A stretch of DNA of 64,000 nt from an uncultured Anaerolineaceae bacterium (GCA_927443345.1 CAKMKJ010000039.1:2372-66371), one strand, 5' to 3'. Shown: positions 45,218-55,341, numbered from the stretch's first letter. Notes: a model not told the origin generated them from the sequence alone. Made by a program: numbers and translations.

Positions 45218-46618
45218 TCATTTTATTATTGCTTTTTGAGATTTCACAAACGCTATCACCGTCCTGCTGATATCTTCTTCGGTCGTAGCCCACGAACATA
45301 CACTCACCCTGATCACAGGCGTGTTACACCATTTGCCGCTGCCACACCAGCACTCCCCGGACTGCTGAAGATTTCTCAATGTGGAGGCTGTCTCATCAGG
45401 TGTACCGCAAGTTATCAGCACCTGGTTGAAAACCACATCATTCAAAACCTTGAATCCTTCGGCCTTAATCTCGTCTGCAAATTGGGACGCACGCTCGCAT
45501 AGACCATCTACCAGTTCTTCGACGCCGCGCTTGCCCAACAGTTTGAGCGTCGCCCACAACTCCACCGCACGACCCCGGCGCGACATATCGGGCGAATACA
45601 ACATGCCATCGCGCTGGTCACTATAGAGGATGTAATCTCCGTTGGCCTGCATGGCGGTGATCATGGCGTTGCGGTCTCTGCAGATCACGATGCCGCAATC
45701 ATAGGGCGTGTTGAGCGTTTTGTGCCCATCCACTGACCACGAATCCGCTTTTTCCATGCCTTTGGTCAAATAGCGTTTACTCTCTGAAGCCGCAGCCCAT
45801 AAGCCGAATGCGCCATCCACATGCACCCAGGCACCGGTTTTATTCGCCATATCGCATAATTCATCTATCGGGTCAAACGAACCTGAATTCACATTGCCTG
45901 CCTGCAAGATCAGCAGCGTGTTGCCATCCAGCTGCGGAACCAAATCCACGCGCATGCGGCCCTGGTCATCCACTGGTACGAGTTCCACCCGATCTTTACC
46001 CAGCCCTAAAATCGCCAATGCTTTAAACACCGAGCTGTGAGCTTCAGCGCCAACCACCACGCGAATAGGCGGCGCGCCAAAGAGACCTTTGGTGTTGACA
46101 TCCCAACCGGCACGGCGCAGCAATTCGTAGCGTGCGGCGGCAAAACCCGCCATCGTCGCCATGGATGTTCCACTAACCAGCCCCATAGCGCAATCTTTTG
46201 GCAAGCCGAGCAGTTCGTTCATCCACTGCTCGCACACGGATTCCAACTTGCCCATGATCGGCGAGGTCACATATAACGGCGCAAGTTGGTCCCATACATC
46301 CGTCAGCCACTTCACAGCCATCACCGGCGCGAAGGAGCCGCCCACCACCAGCCCAAAGTATCTGCCACCTGTAGTGGCTACTGTCGCCGGGGACCCGTAG
46401 TCATGCAGCAGCTTCAATATTTTGTTAGGATCATCCGCTTCAATTGGCATGGGTTCGTCGAAGTGCTTCAGATTTTGCAGCGCCTGCTCATTAGGATAAA
46501 CCTCACGTTCAAAAACACCGCCCAGGTAATCAAAGGCATAATCTTTGGCTTGTTCAAACATCGCTCGATCTTTTGCCAGCTTATTCATTCTGGTCTGAAG
46601 ATTTTTTGATACCGCCAT
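45218..46618 (-). CDS. Pyridoxal-phosphate-dependent decarboxylase (group II fold)
   Basis: 466 aa. VHVDGAFG and the SVDGHKTLNTPYDCG lysine motif are typical of group II amino-acid decarboxylases. The substrate is unknown. Confidence 0.7.
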   Translation of the reverse strand: MAVSKNLQTRMNKLAKDRAMFEQAKDYAFDYLGGVFEREVYPNEQALQNLKHFDEPMPIEADDPNKILKLLHDYGSPATVATTGGRYFGLVVGGSFAPVMAVKWLTDVWDQLAPLYVTSPIMGKLESVCEQWMNELLGLPKDCAMGLVSGTSMATMAGFAAARYELLRRAGWDVNTKGLFGAPPIRVVVGAEAHSSVFKALAILGLGKDRVELVPVDDQGRMRVDLVPQLDGNTLLILQAGNVNSGSFDPIDELCDMANKTGAWVHVDGAFGLWAAASESKRYLTKGMEKADSWSVDGHKTLNTPYDCGIVICRDRNAMITAMQANGDYILYSDQRDGMLYSPDMSRRGRAVELWATLKLLGKRGVEELVDGLCERASQFADEIKAEGFKVLNDVVFNQVLITCGTPDETASTLRNLQQSGECWCGSGKWCNTPVIRVSVCSWATTEEDISRTVIAFVKSQKAIIK

Positions 46619-46641
46619 ATTGGCTCCTTAACTAAAACGGA

Positions 46642-47190
46642 TTACTTTTCGCCATGCATCAACAACCTTGCGTCAGGGTAAATACTCTTGTAAATGCCAA
46701 ATAGTTCATCCACCGCATACCCCAAAGGGATGGAACCGGTTTGCTTATAAGCTTTTTTGTAATGGCAATATTGTTTATGGTTTTGTAGGTCAAACAACAT
46801 CATTTGTCCAACCTCTCCGCCCTGCCACGGAATTTGATATTTTGTTTGCACATAAGCGATGGCTTCCTGTGAAAACGGATTAGTGGAAAGGGCAGCCACA
46901 ACCATATTCGGCAAGGTCATGCGCCAGCCGTGCGGAACATGGAAATCTTTATTAACCACTTCACTAAAGCTTTTCTGCGCAGCAATCAGCGCATCCGACC
47001 GGCTATAAAGATCATTCTCCCAGTCAAGAAATAGATAATAGTTGATGAATTTAATCGGACCAAAGGTAGTCAGTTTTGGAGAAACTGCCTGGATCAATCC
47101 GCGCACACCTGGGATGGTTGCGTCTTGAATGACGGAGTAATTTTTATTTTTTAATTCTTCGGTGAAATGAGTTAACACTTCTTCCATCAT
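46642..47190 (-). CDS. Hypothetical protein
   Basis: The track ORF extends to 47223. ATG 47190 has AAGGTGG 6 nt upstream. I recognise no motif. Confidence 0.45.
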   Translation of the reverse strand: MMEEVLTHFTEELKNKNYSVIQDATIPGVRGLIQAVSPKLTTFGPIKFINYYLFLDWENDLYSRSDALIAAQKSFSEVVNKDFHVPHGWRMTLPNMVVAALSTNPFSQEAIAYVQTKYQIPWQGGEVGQMMLFDLQNHKQYCHYKKAYKQTGSIPLGYAVDELFGIYKSIYPDARLLMHGEK

Positions 47191-47274
47191 TATTTTCCAC
47201 CTTTTAATTTTGTTGTTAACCATCGCGTTTGTGATTTTACTATTAGCATTTACAAAAAAATTTCAGAACTATTA

Positions 47275-47550
47275 CTATGACAAAAAAGATAGTCCTGCTT
47301 CTTCCATTGCTGTTTTGATCTTTGTTATTGCGTTAGGGCCAATACCATGCATTTTGGCCAATTCACTTTCTGAGAACTTTGTGAAATCTGCCAATTGTTT
47401 TATATCTGCAGAAGCCAGCGCACGCAATGCAGGCTGCCCCAGCTTGGCAGGAAAGCTGGCCTTTATTACCGCGGTTGCATGGTTCGCTATTTCACGTTTG
47501 AGTGGATCAGCCATGATCGGGCAGTTACTTTGGGGTTTAGTTTTTGCCAT
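47275..47550 (-). CDS. Small helix-hairpin-helix protein (RNA polymerase alpha-CTD-like motif)
   Basis: FSESELAKMHGIGPNAITKIKTAMEEAGLSF resembles an HhH / alpha-CTD fold. I shortened the ORF to ATG 47550 to avoid an out-of-frame overlap with the upstream ORF. There is no clear SD. Confidence 0.4.
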   Translation of the reverse strand: MAKTKPQSNCPIMADPLKREIANHATAVIKASFPAKLGQPALRALASADIKQLADFTKFSESELAKMHGIGPNAITKIKTAMEEAGLSFLS

Positions 47551-47567
47551 ATCTGTACTTGATTTTC

Positions 47568-48044
47568 TTATTGAATCGTTTTTACTTTTTGATAAACCAT
47601 GCGTGTGGAAGGAAGTAAAGTTAAAAGAATTAATAAACCACTCCATCCGTAATACAAATAATGCAAAAAACCGATTTCCACCCAGATCAACTCAACCGTC
47701 AACCAAATGATCACGATGGCTGCGGATGCCAATGAACCTGCCCAACTCCAATGGATACCCTTAAAAGGATTGATGACATTGGGCCATTTCCAGCCGGGAT
47801 GTTTCCATAATCCAAATGCGACACATGATGAAAAAACACCCACAAATAAAAATAAAATCAAACCGGGGATGAAGAACCCTTTAAAGGGTGATCCTTCAAT
47901 CAAACTGAGAGGCATTTGCATCAATTTTCCATCCGGCGAGATCATCAAAAATGCACCGCTGAAAACAGCCCCGAATCCTAATAAAACTTGAAGCCAAATT
48001 AATAACTTAGCGCTAAATGGCAAAATGCTTTTTTGTTGATCCAT
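47568..48044 (-). CDS. Hypothetical membrane protein (about 4 TM helices)
   Basis: 158 aa and strongly hydrophobic. It sits in the same-strand gene string 48465-44612. Confidence 0.45.
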   Translation of the reverse strand: MDQQKSILPFSAKLLIWLQVLLGFGAVFSGAFLMISPDGKLMQMPLSLIEGSPFKGFFIPGLILFLFVGVFSSCVAFGLWKHPGWKWPNVINPFKGIHWSWAGSLASAAIVIIWLTVELIWVEIGFLHYLYYGWSGLLILLTLLPSTRMVYQKVKTIQ

Positions 48045-48081
48045 ATGAACCCTCCGGATTGTATTTTTGAACCAGAGGCGA

Positions 48082-48465
48082 TTATACCAATTTCTTTTTA
48101 GCTGCTTTGGCCAGGTTCTCTTTCAAGCGAAATCTCACAATTTCACGCACCAGGTCCATCGGGATTTCCTCATTAAGCGGAAACTGCACCGTTCCCTTTG
48201 AGGTCTTGTATTTTGCCAATTCATCCTTGAAATTCTCAATCCCGGAGGGCGCAGGGAAGAACCCAATGTGATTTTTAAAATATGCGAAATGCACCAGGTT
48301 GCCATTCTGACTGAAGGTGGGCATGGCATAGGCAATGCGTTCTTCCGCATCAGGAACCTCAGCTTTTATTACAGTTCTTAAATTATTAAGTCTTTCTTGA
48401 ACTTCTTGAGGTGCTTCTGAAATATATTGATCTATGGTTGTTGCGATTGCTTTTGTTTTTTCCAT
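48082..48465 (-). CDS. DUF1801 (YdhG-like) domain protein
   Basis: 127 aa. RIAYAMPTFSQNGNLVHFAYFKNHIGFFP is typical of DUF1801. Confidence 0.6.
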   Translation of the reverse strand: MEKTKAIATTIDQYISEAPQEVQERLNNLRTVIKAEVPDAEERIAYAMPTFSQNGNLVHFAYFKNHIGFFPAPSGIENFKDELAKYKTSKGTVQFPLNEEIPMDLVREIVRFRLKENLAKAAKKKLV

Positions 48466-48543
48466 TCTGACTCCCGATTACAAGGCAAATAAACTGATAT
48501 TATTTGTCAATATTATCTAGTATTTTTTCAATTATTGCAAATT

Positions 48544-50100
48544 TTAATTACTTTTGTTATTTGGTATTTGCGCCATGATATATTCTGCCAGAGCGGTAAT
48601 GGTCAAAGCAGGGTTGGCGTTGAGATTTACAGGCACCACAGAGCCGTCAGCCACATACAGCCCTTGATAACCAAAAACCCTGCCTTCATGGTCCGCCACG
48701 CCCTCAGATGCGGATTTTCCCATCACACATCCTCCCAAAATATGGGCGGTCGTGGGGGCATCCAGCAGCACTTCAAACCAACTGCCTTTCGCAAAACCAT
48801 TCATTTTTTCGGCCATCTTGCGCGTCACTTCGTTGGCAATGGGGATGTAAGTGGGGATGCGCTGACCGTCTTCTGACAATCTTGAATTCAAGCCAAAACG
48901 AGTTCGCTTCAACTGTATAAAATTTTCAGTGGATTGCATCACCAGTATCACAGATGACCGCGCACTTTGACCTGGGATCCACAAACCACGCAAAAACTGC
49001 AGCGGATGCCTGAGAATATTTCCCAAAAAGCGCACCACCCTCGGAATTTTTCCGCCACCGTTGGTCAACACGGTTGCCAGGGCATACATCACGTCAGACC
49101 CTTTGTTGTATCTGACCACTTCAATATGGGTATTTTTATCAGGGTAAATTCCTGATGTAATGGCGATATGATCATTCCAATCTTTGCTTTGGTCGCGTGA
49201 ATCCACACCTAAAATGGCTTCAGAATTGGTACGGGTGAAATCACCTAATTTGTCAGAAAGATTGGGCAAAAATCCTTTTTCTTTGCAATCCATAAGCAGT
49301 TTCACCGTGCCCAACACACCACCGCTGAACACCACATTTTTGCAGTTGAAAGTGAGATTTTTCTTGCTTAAACCATGTGAAGTCACCGCCATGACCTGAT
49401 AGCAGTGATTGGCAACCGGTTTTACACCACTGACTTCGGTTTCGGATATGATTTTGACGCCCAGTTTCTCGGCCAGGTAAAGATAGTTTTTATCGAGTGT
49501 ATTCTTGGCGCCATTTGGGCAGCCGATCATGCAGGCACCGCAAAACTTGCAACCCGTGCGTTCCGGTCCTTCACCATCAAAATAGGGGTCGGCGACCGTT
49601 TTATCTGGTTCGCCGAAGAAAACACCCACCGGATTGACATGAAAAGTATCTTCACCGCGCAGTTCCAATCCCACTTCACGCAAAACTTCATCCGCATTGC
49701 CGATGCTTGGGCAGGTTACCGCACCCAACATTCGGCTGGCTTCTTGATAATGAGGAGCCAGCTTTTGTTTCCATCCGCTCCCGCCCCACTCAGGTTTTTC
49801 GAAGATTGAATCTTCAGGAACAATCAATTGATTGGCGTAGACCAGACTGCCGCCGCCGACTCCCACCCCGTTCAGCACTAAAACATGCCGCAGCAGCGTC
49901 AGAGATTGAATCCCCAGCATCCCCAATTTGGGCATCCAGATGGATTTGCGCAGATTCCAGTTGGTTTTGGGGAAATCCTCATTTAGATAGCGCAGCCCTT
50001 TTTCGAGCACGGCCACTTTGTATCCTTTTTGCGCCAGCCTCAAAGCGGATACTGCCCCGCCAAAACCTGATCCGATCACAATGAAATCATAATAATCCAT
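48544..50100 (-). CDS. GMC family FAD-dependent oxidoreductase (cholesterol-oxidase-like)
   Basis: It has the FAD fold DFIVIGSGFGGAVSALRLAQKGYKVAVLEKG and a C-terminal GMC region (HILGGCVMG, LYVADGSV). The start is set at ATG 50100; the track gives 50139. Confidence 0.8.
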   Translation of the reverse strand: MDYYDFIVIGSGFGGAVSALRLAQKGYKVAVLEKGLRYLNEDFPKTNWNLRKSIWMPKLGMLGIQSLTLLRHVLVLNGVGVGGGSLVYANQLIVPEDSIFEKPEWGGSGWKQKLAPHYQEASRMLGAVTCPSIGNADEVLREVGLELRGEDTFHVNPVGVFFGEPDKTVADPYFDGEGPERTGCKFCGACMIGCPNGAKNTLDKNYLYLAEKLGVKIISETEVSGVKPVANHCYQVMAVTSHGLSKKNLTFNCKNVVFSGGVLGTVKLLMDCKEKGFLPNLSDKLGDFTRTNSEAILGVDSRDQSKDWNDHIAITSGIYPDKNTHIEVVRYNKGSDVMYALATVLTNGGGKIPRVVRFLGNILRHPLQFLRGLWIPGQSARSSVILVMQSTENFIQLKRTRFGLNSRLSEDGQRIPTYIPIANEVTRKMAEKMNGFAKGSWFEVLLDAPTTAHILGGCVMGKSASEGVADHEGRVFGYQGLYVADGSVVPVNLNANPALTITALAEYIMAQIPNNKSN

Positions 50101-50215
50101 GAGTCGTAACCCTTTCACACCAAGGCATAAACCTGACAAACAAGTTACTCGTTAGGTTTATTAACCCTGGTTCTTGGGTTAGTTATGCAAAGATTTGGAT
50201 AAATTCACGGATTAA

Positions 50216-50590
50216 TTAATGGGGCTCGCCGATTTCAAGCACATATCCATCAGGATCGTAGGCACGAAATATTCGTTCCCATGGCAGTGTAATGATTTCA
50301 TGCACAATGGATACTCCTGCAGATTTCATAAAAGTAAAACAATCATCCAGATTATCACTTTGAAGGTAGATTACCACATTTGCGCGCCCCTGCACGCCTG
50401 CCTGGACGAAATTACCTGTCTCCTCAATGGGCTGCAGCAAATCTACCTGATGAAGTGCCAGGCGGTCTTTATAAACCACCATCGCTCCCCAATCATGCAA
50501 ATTTTCCAATTTTAGTATTTCTGAATAAAAACGTTTTGAGACATCGATGTTTTGCACCATCAATATTGTATCTATTTGTTTGAGTTGCAT
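50216..50590 (-). CDS. VOC (glyoxalase/bleomycin-resistance) family protein
   Basis: 124 aa with a beta-alpha-beta-beta-beta module pattern and a C-terminal DPDGYVLEI. Confidence 0.65.
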   Translation of the reverse strand: MQLKQIDTILMVQNIDVSKRFYSEILKLENLHDWGAMVVYKDRLALHQVDLLQPIEETGNFVQAGVQGRANVVIYLQSDNLDDCFTFMKSAGVSIVHEIITLPWERIFRAYDPDGYVLEIGEPH

Positions 50591-50602
50591 TTTCCCTCTT
50601 TT

Positions 50603-51979
50603 TTAGTTCTTCAAACTGTGAATTGGCGCGGGGATCTTGCCGCCGAAGGCGATAAACCGCCCCGACTTGCCCACACTGCGCACCGGCGCAATCGTGCTTT
50701 CACCAAACAGGCCGCCAAATGCCACAAACTCGCCGGCTTCTTTGCCCGGCACGGGAATCAACCTCACCGCGGTGGTCTTGCCGTTGATCATACCAATCGC
50801 CATTTCATCAGCGATGATGGCCGATATTGTCGCTGCATCCACCGAGCCGGGGATGGCAATCATATCCAGACCGACCGAACATACGCTGGTCATGGCTTCG
50901 AGCTTTTCAAGACTCAAACTGCCGTCGCGTACGGCATCCGCCAGGTATCGGTCTTCACACACCGGGATGAAAGCACCGCTCAAGCCGCCTACGCTCTGGC
51001 TGGCAAAAGCGCCGCCTTTTTTGACTGCATCATTAAGCATGGCTACAATGGCCGTCGTGCCGGGGGCACCAATGGCATCCATACCCAGAATCTTCATGAT
51101 CTCACCCACGCTGTCACCCACATTGGGGGTCGGCGCCAAAGAAAGATCCACCACCCCAAAGGGGATCTCTAATTCAGCAGCCACACGGCGGCCGATTAAT
51201 TCACCGCAGCGTGTCACGCGAAAGGCAGTCTCCTTTATTTCTTCAGCCAGGTCGTGCAAGCCTAAATTCTCTGCACCGTCATTGGCGATACGTCGCTCAA
51301 GCGCGCGGGCAATCACCCCCGGACCGCTGACGCCCACATTGATTACCACCTCATGCTGATCCAACCCGTGGATGGCGCCAGCCATAAAGGGATTGTCACC
51401 CGGCTGGTTGGTAAAGACCACGAACTTGGCCGCTGCAAAACCGCCGGAATCCGCGCTGCGTTCAGACAGCTCCTTGATCACATGACCCAGCCGTGCCACG
51501 GCATCCATGTTGATGCCGGCGCGCGTGGAACCCACATTGACCGAGGAACAGATTTTTTGGGTGGTGCTCAGCGCCTCAGGGATGGAATTGATCAGTTCGG
51601 TATCGCCTGAGGTAACGCCATTGGCCACATCTGCGGAATAGCCGCCCAGAATATCAATGCCTACCAATGAAGCAGCTTCGTCTAGGGCACGTGCAATCTG
51701 GATGAAACCGTCGCGATCAAACCCTGAGCCAACATGCGCAATCGGAGTCACGGAAATGCGTTTATTGACCACAGGTACGGCATATTCACTGCTGATCTGT
51801 TCGCAAGTTTGCACGAGCTTACCAGCATGGCGGTTGATCTTTTCAATGATCGCCTGACAGGTTTGTTTAGCATCCGCACGATGGCAATCCAGCAGGCTGA
51901 TGCCCATGGTCACAGCGCGCACATCCAGGTTTTCTTTCTGGATCATTTCGACAGTTTTAAGAATATCTTCAGAACGCAT
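50603..51979 (-). CDS. UPF0210 (DUF711, PFL-like) family protein
   Basis: 458 aa. The N-terminus ILKTVEMIQKENLDVRAVTMGISLLDC matches the UPF0210 family. It starts 2 nt after the ACT-protein stop. Confidence 0.75.
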   Translation of the reverse strand: MRSEDILKTVEMIQKENLDVRAVTMGISLLDCHRADAKQTCQAIIEKINRHAGKLVQTCEQISSEYAVPVVNKRISVTPIAHVGSGFDRDGFIQIARALDEAASLVGIDILGGYSADVANGVTSGDTELINSIPEALSTTQKICSSVNVGSTRAGINMDAVARLGHVIKELSERSADSGGFAAAKFVVFTNQPGDNPFMAGAIHGLDQHEVVINVGVSGPGVIARALERRIANDGAENLGLHDLAEEIKETAFRVTRCGELIGRRVAAELEIPFGVVDLSLAPTPNVGDSVGEIMKILGMDAIGAPGTTAIVAMLNDAVKKGGAFASQSVGGLSGAFIPVCEDRYLADAVRDGSLSLEKLEAMTSVCSVGLDMIAIPGSVDAATISAIIADEMAIGMINGKTTAVRLIPVPGKEAGEFVAFGGLFGESTIAPVRSVGKSGRFIAFGGKIPAPIHSLKN

Positions 51980-51981
51980 AA

Positions 51982-52569
51982 TTAATGCTCCCTTTTGGGG
52001 CGGATGGGCAGACTGATCTCGTTGACCGCTTTGAATATGTCGTGATGCTGCAGAACCACGCGCAGCATGTTTTCCCGGCCAAAATCAACTAATGCGGTTC
52101 TAACCTCACTGATTGAGGCGCAGCGGCTCAGATCAACCTCCAGCATCATCACAAATTCGCCCTGCGAGAGCGTGGTTGAAAGGTCAAGGATGTTGATCTG
52201 GTACTTCACACAGAATCCAGCTACCCGCGCCACAAAACCAATCTGGTCAGCGCCGCTGGCCGTCAACACATAGCGGTTTTCAGGGCTTCCCATGATGGCG
52301 AGAGGTTCGTCTATCGAATTGACCAAAATGTTGAGCGGGGTAGGGCTTTTCCGATCCACCTCGGCCAGTTTAGCTTCAATGGTTTGTCGGGTAACCTCCA
52401 CCGGAAAGCTCGCCCGCATGATCATAGTGTAGTAACCGCACATCACACTCTGGCGTGAATCCGCAATATTGCCGGCCAGTTCAGCCAGCGCAGCTGATAT
52501 TTCATAGACGATGCCGATGCGGTCTTGCGAGGTGATGGAGATGATATATTCAATGGATTGGGTTGACAT
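51982..52569 (-). CDS. Tandem ACT-domain protein (GcvR/UPF0237-like)
   Basis: It has two ACT-like modules (IISITSQDRIGIVYEISAALAELAGNI; VLTASGADQIGFVARVAGFCVKYQINI). The start is set at ATG 52569 (the track gives 52614) and is uncertain. Confidence 0.6.
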   Translation of the reverse strand: MSTQSIEYIISITSQDRIGIVYEISAALAELAGNIADSRQSVMCGYYTMIMRASFPVEVTRQTIEAKLAEVDRKSPTPLNILVNSIDEPLAIMGSPENRYVLTASGADQIGFVARVAGFCVKYQINILDLSTTLSQGEFVMMLEVDLSRCASISEVRTALVDFGRENMLRVVLQHHDIFKAVNEISLPIRPKREH

Positions 52570-52700
52570 AACTTTACCTGATGGACCAAGATTTAGTGGG
52601 TTCATTATACCCAATAGCTGTTTTGGAATTGGATTGAAAAAGGCAATGTTTTCATCGACAGTGAAAACATTGCCATAAACCCTTTGATTATCGATTTGTT

Positions 52701-53576
52701 TTAATTCCGCGGATGTTCCTTTACAAACGCCTGGATGTAGTCCATGATATCTACCGTAGTTTGCCAGCCCAATTCCTCCCGCGCCTTGGATGTGTCGTTC
52801 GCCGACTCCTCACGGCCAGGATAGCCTTCAATGAACTCGATCTGGCCGCCAAAAGCCTCGGCAATTTCAAGCACTGAGTGGCTTTGTTCTGCACCAAGGG
52901 CGTAACCATCCCCCCAGCCTTTTTCGCCAGTCAGCATGATGCCCCGTGCCAGGTCTTTTACGTAGGTAAAAGCGCGTTTCTGCGTCCCCGGTTTGACCAC
53001 CGTCAGAGGCTGTCCATGTAGATATTGATGCTCATACCTGGCAACCACGGTCGCATACTTGCTGTCTCCCCTTTCACGCGGACCGAAGCCGTTGTAAAAA
53101 TAGCAAATTGCATAAGGCAGATCGTACCATTTGCCGTAATCGTTGATCAAATCAACATTAACTGACTTGGTGAAGGAATATGGATTTTGATGCCGTCCGT
53201 TGCCTTCAACCGCAAAGCGCGTACTGGAGGCCGCATAAACGAGTTTCTTTACCTTGTGCTCGCGACAATACTCCACAACCGCGAAGGTGCCCGTAATATT
53301 CATATCATAAACCAGCGCAGGTTCCTCTCGCGACGGTGTGATGCGTGCGTACTCGCCAAGGTGGTAAACCATGTCGGGGGTCTCAGGCACCAGCGTCTCT
53401 ATATCTTTGGTGTGTCCGCGCAAATACTCCGCACCGGGGATGTGATTTTCCTCGCTGCCGTTGAAATAATTATCGAGAGAGATAACATGGTTATTAGGGT
53501 CTGCCACCAGCAATTCAACCAGGTGGGATCCTACATGCCCAGCGCCGCCGGTAACCAATATAGTCTGTTGGCTCAT
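52701..53576 (-). CDS. NAD-dependent epimerase/dehydratase (extended SDR)
   Basis: 291 aa with VTGGAGHVGSHLV and YxxxK (YSFTK). Confidence 0.8.
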   Translation of the reverse strand: MSQQTILVTGGAGHVGSHLVELLVADPNNHVISLDNYFNGSEENHIPGAEYLRGHTKDIETLVPETPDMVYHLGEYARITPSREEPALVYDMNITGTFAVVEYCREHKVKKLVYAASSTRFAVEGNGRHQNPYSFTKSVNVDLINDYGKWYDLPYAICYFYNGFGPRERGDSKYATVVARYEHQYLHGQPLTVVKPGTQKRAFTYVKDLARGIMLTGEKGWGDGYALGAEQSHSVLEIAEAFGGQIEFIEGYPGREESANDTSKAREELGWQTTVDIMDYIQAFVKEHPRN

Positions 53577-53625
53577 TCAATCCACCTTGCAATAAAGATA
53601 CTGGTATTATCACCTATTTTGTGAA

Positions 53626-54426
53626 TTAATGGGTGATCCAGGGCACTCCCCCATGTGTTTGAGTCGCGATGCGACCTAATTCAGCACCGGCTAAAAGTGC
53701 TGCGGTGACATTTCGTGATTTGAAATACTCATAAGTAAATGCAGCCTGAAAAGCGTCGCCACAGCCAGTGGTGTCAATCACTTTTTCGACCGACAATGCA
53801 GTTTGCCGATACACTTTTTCATCGACGAATGCCCTGCTGCCTTCTGCGCCGAGGGTAAGTACAACAATTCCTTTTCGGCCATTGGCCAACCGGGCAAGGT
53901 CTTCTGCCATATCTGGAGTGCCGCCAAAAAAAGCAATACTGATAATATCCAGACTGTCTTCAAGCAGTCCATATTCCTTGAAGTGTAAAAAGTCGACTCC
54001 CATTAAGATGTGCCTGGGTTTGCGTTTCAATGCCTCGCGAAAATTCGGATTATTGGCATGAGTTACCCAGATATCAGAATCAGCCATGTACTTCCAATCT
54101 TCTTCACTAAGTAGGTATGTTTCATAAACGCCGCCGTTCCAGGCATCATCTACGCCAAAACGTTCTCCCTTTTCGTCATTAAATATGCGGTTGGTGGCGG
54201 TTTTACCCTCAACACGATGACAATGTGCCAGGTTTACGCCTACACCGCGCAGCAACTCTTCAATACGATCGCCATTTTCATCAGTACCCAATGCACCAAC
54301 AAAGGAGGTGTCAAGTCCAAGCTGTTTCATGCGAATCGCTTGATTAAGAGAATTTCCTCCAGCAAAATAATCTTTTTGCTGTGGAAAAAAATCCAGTGCT
54401 GCCACACTAAAACAAGCAACTTTCAT
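53626..54426 (-). CDS. PfkB-family sugar kinase, fructoselysine-6-kinase (FrlD)-like
   Basis: 266 aa. It has GGNSLNQA near the N-terminus and a C-terminal DTTGCGDAFQAAF. The overall layout resembles E. coli FrlD as I recall it. Confidence 0.65.
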   Translation of the reverse strand: MKVACFSVAALDFFPQQKDYFAGGNSLNQAIRMKQLGLDTSFVGALGTDENGDRIEELLRGVGVNLAHCHRVEGKTATNRIFNDEKGERFGVDDAWNGGVYETYLLSEEDWKYMADSDIWVTHANNPNFREALKRKPRHILMGVDFLHFKEYGLLEDSLDIISIAFFGGTPDMAEDLARLANGRKGIVVLTLGAEGSRAFVDEKVYRQTALSVEKVIDTTGCGDAFQAAFTYEYFKSRNVTAALLAGAELGRIATQTHGGVPWITH

Positions 54427-54446
54427 TATTAATCCTCAATATTTGG

Positions 54447-55292
54447 CTATTTTTCACAAACCATCAACAGGTAGTCACCTGATTCATCGCCATGCCCCGG
54501 CCAATTGGCATAAAACTGCAACTTCGAGAATCCGCATTCACCTGCCATGATGCGTAAATCCTCTTCTTTATAAGCCTGATGGTTATCAGCCATCTGCTGC
54601 ACCTCGCCGCTGGCCGTATCAATCACGAACATTCTGCGGGTGGCCGCTTGCATCTCTTCATTCCAAAAACTTTCTTCCATAAAGAGATAAGGCTGATCAG
54701 AGAACAGTCCACTTTGACTGGTATGCCAGCTTGAGGCAGCCAACCCAAAGGCATGCAGGCAGGAGTATGAATTTAATTCAATCAACAAGCGTCCGTCAGC
54801 CTTTAATGCCTCATTAGCTTTCGTCAAAATGATACGGGCATCCGGCTTGCGGAAGGTGTTGAACTCACCGTAAATTAACATTATGAGATCATAATCACTG
54901 CCAAACTCGAAGGTGCGCAAATCATGGTGAAAAAAAGTATTGCTGGCTTGTTCCGACTCATTCTGCTTTTTTGCATATTCGATTGAGGCAGGCGAAAAAT
55001 CAACCCCTGTGCATGCGTGACCCAATGCGGAGAGGCGCGATACATAGAATCCTGGCCCGCACCCCAGGTCTAACACCTTTGAAGGTTGTTCCTTCAACAA
55101 CTCATAATGAATCCAATTGACATGCTGGTCAATGATCTCAAACCTGCGGCTGGCTGCGTCATGGTCTTGCGAAAGATGCTCACGCAGCATGCGTTGACTG
55201 AACGCCGGTTCATCCCACGGGATTTTTTCACCCTCGGACCATGGAATCGCCTTTTCGCTTCGATTGACAATATCACTCAGGTTCATATTCAC
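54447..55292 (-). CDS. Class I SAM-dependent methyltransferase
   Basis: 281 aa with motif I VLDLGCGPGFY. Confidence 0.75.
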   Translation of the reverse strand: MNMNLSDIVNRSEKAIPWSEGEKIPWDEPAFSQRMLREHLSQDHDAASRRFEIIDQHVNWIHYELLKEQPSKVLDLGCGPGFYVSRLSALGHACTGVDFSPASIEYAKKQNESEQASNTFFHHDLRTFEFGSDYDLIMLIYGEFNTFRKPDARIILTKANEALKADGRLLIELNSYSCLHAFGLAASSWHTSQSGLFSDQPYLFMEESFWNEEMQAATRRMFVIDTASGEVQQMADNHQAYKEEDLRIMAGECGFSKLQFYANWPGHGDESGDYLLMVCEK

Positions 55293-55341
55293 CTCACATT
55301 TCCCGACACTGCCATAATTATAGTGGGTAATGCCTTAAACC

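Noticed and set aside
50637-51359. 240-aa plus-strand ORF, plus similar long antisense ORFs (42039-42740, 32279-32914, 13275-13904, 40106-40678, 9644-10183, 18785-19369, 10866-11420)
   Set aside because: Each is fully embedded antisense to a gene with strong family motifs. Their products are Pro/Arg/Ala/Ser-rich low-complexity sequences, typical of open antisense frames in GC-rich coding DNA. None has a start context or a recognisable motif.
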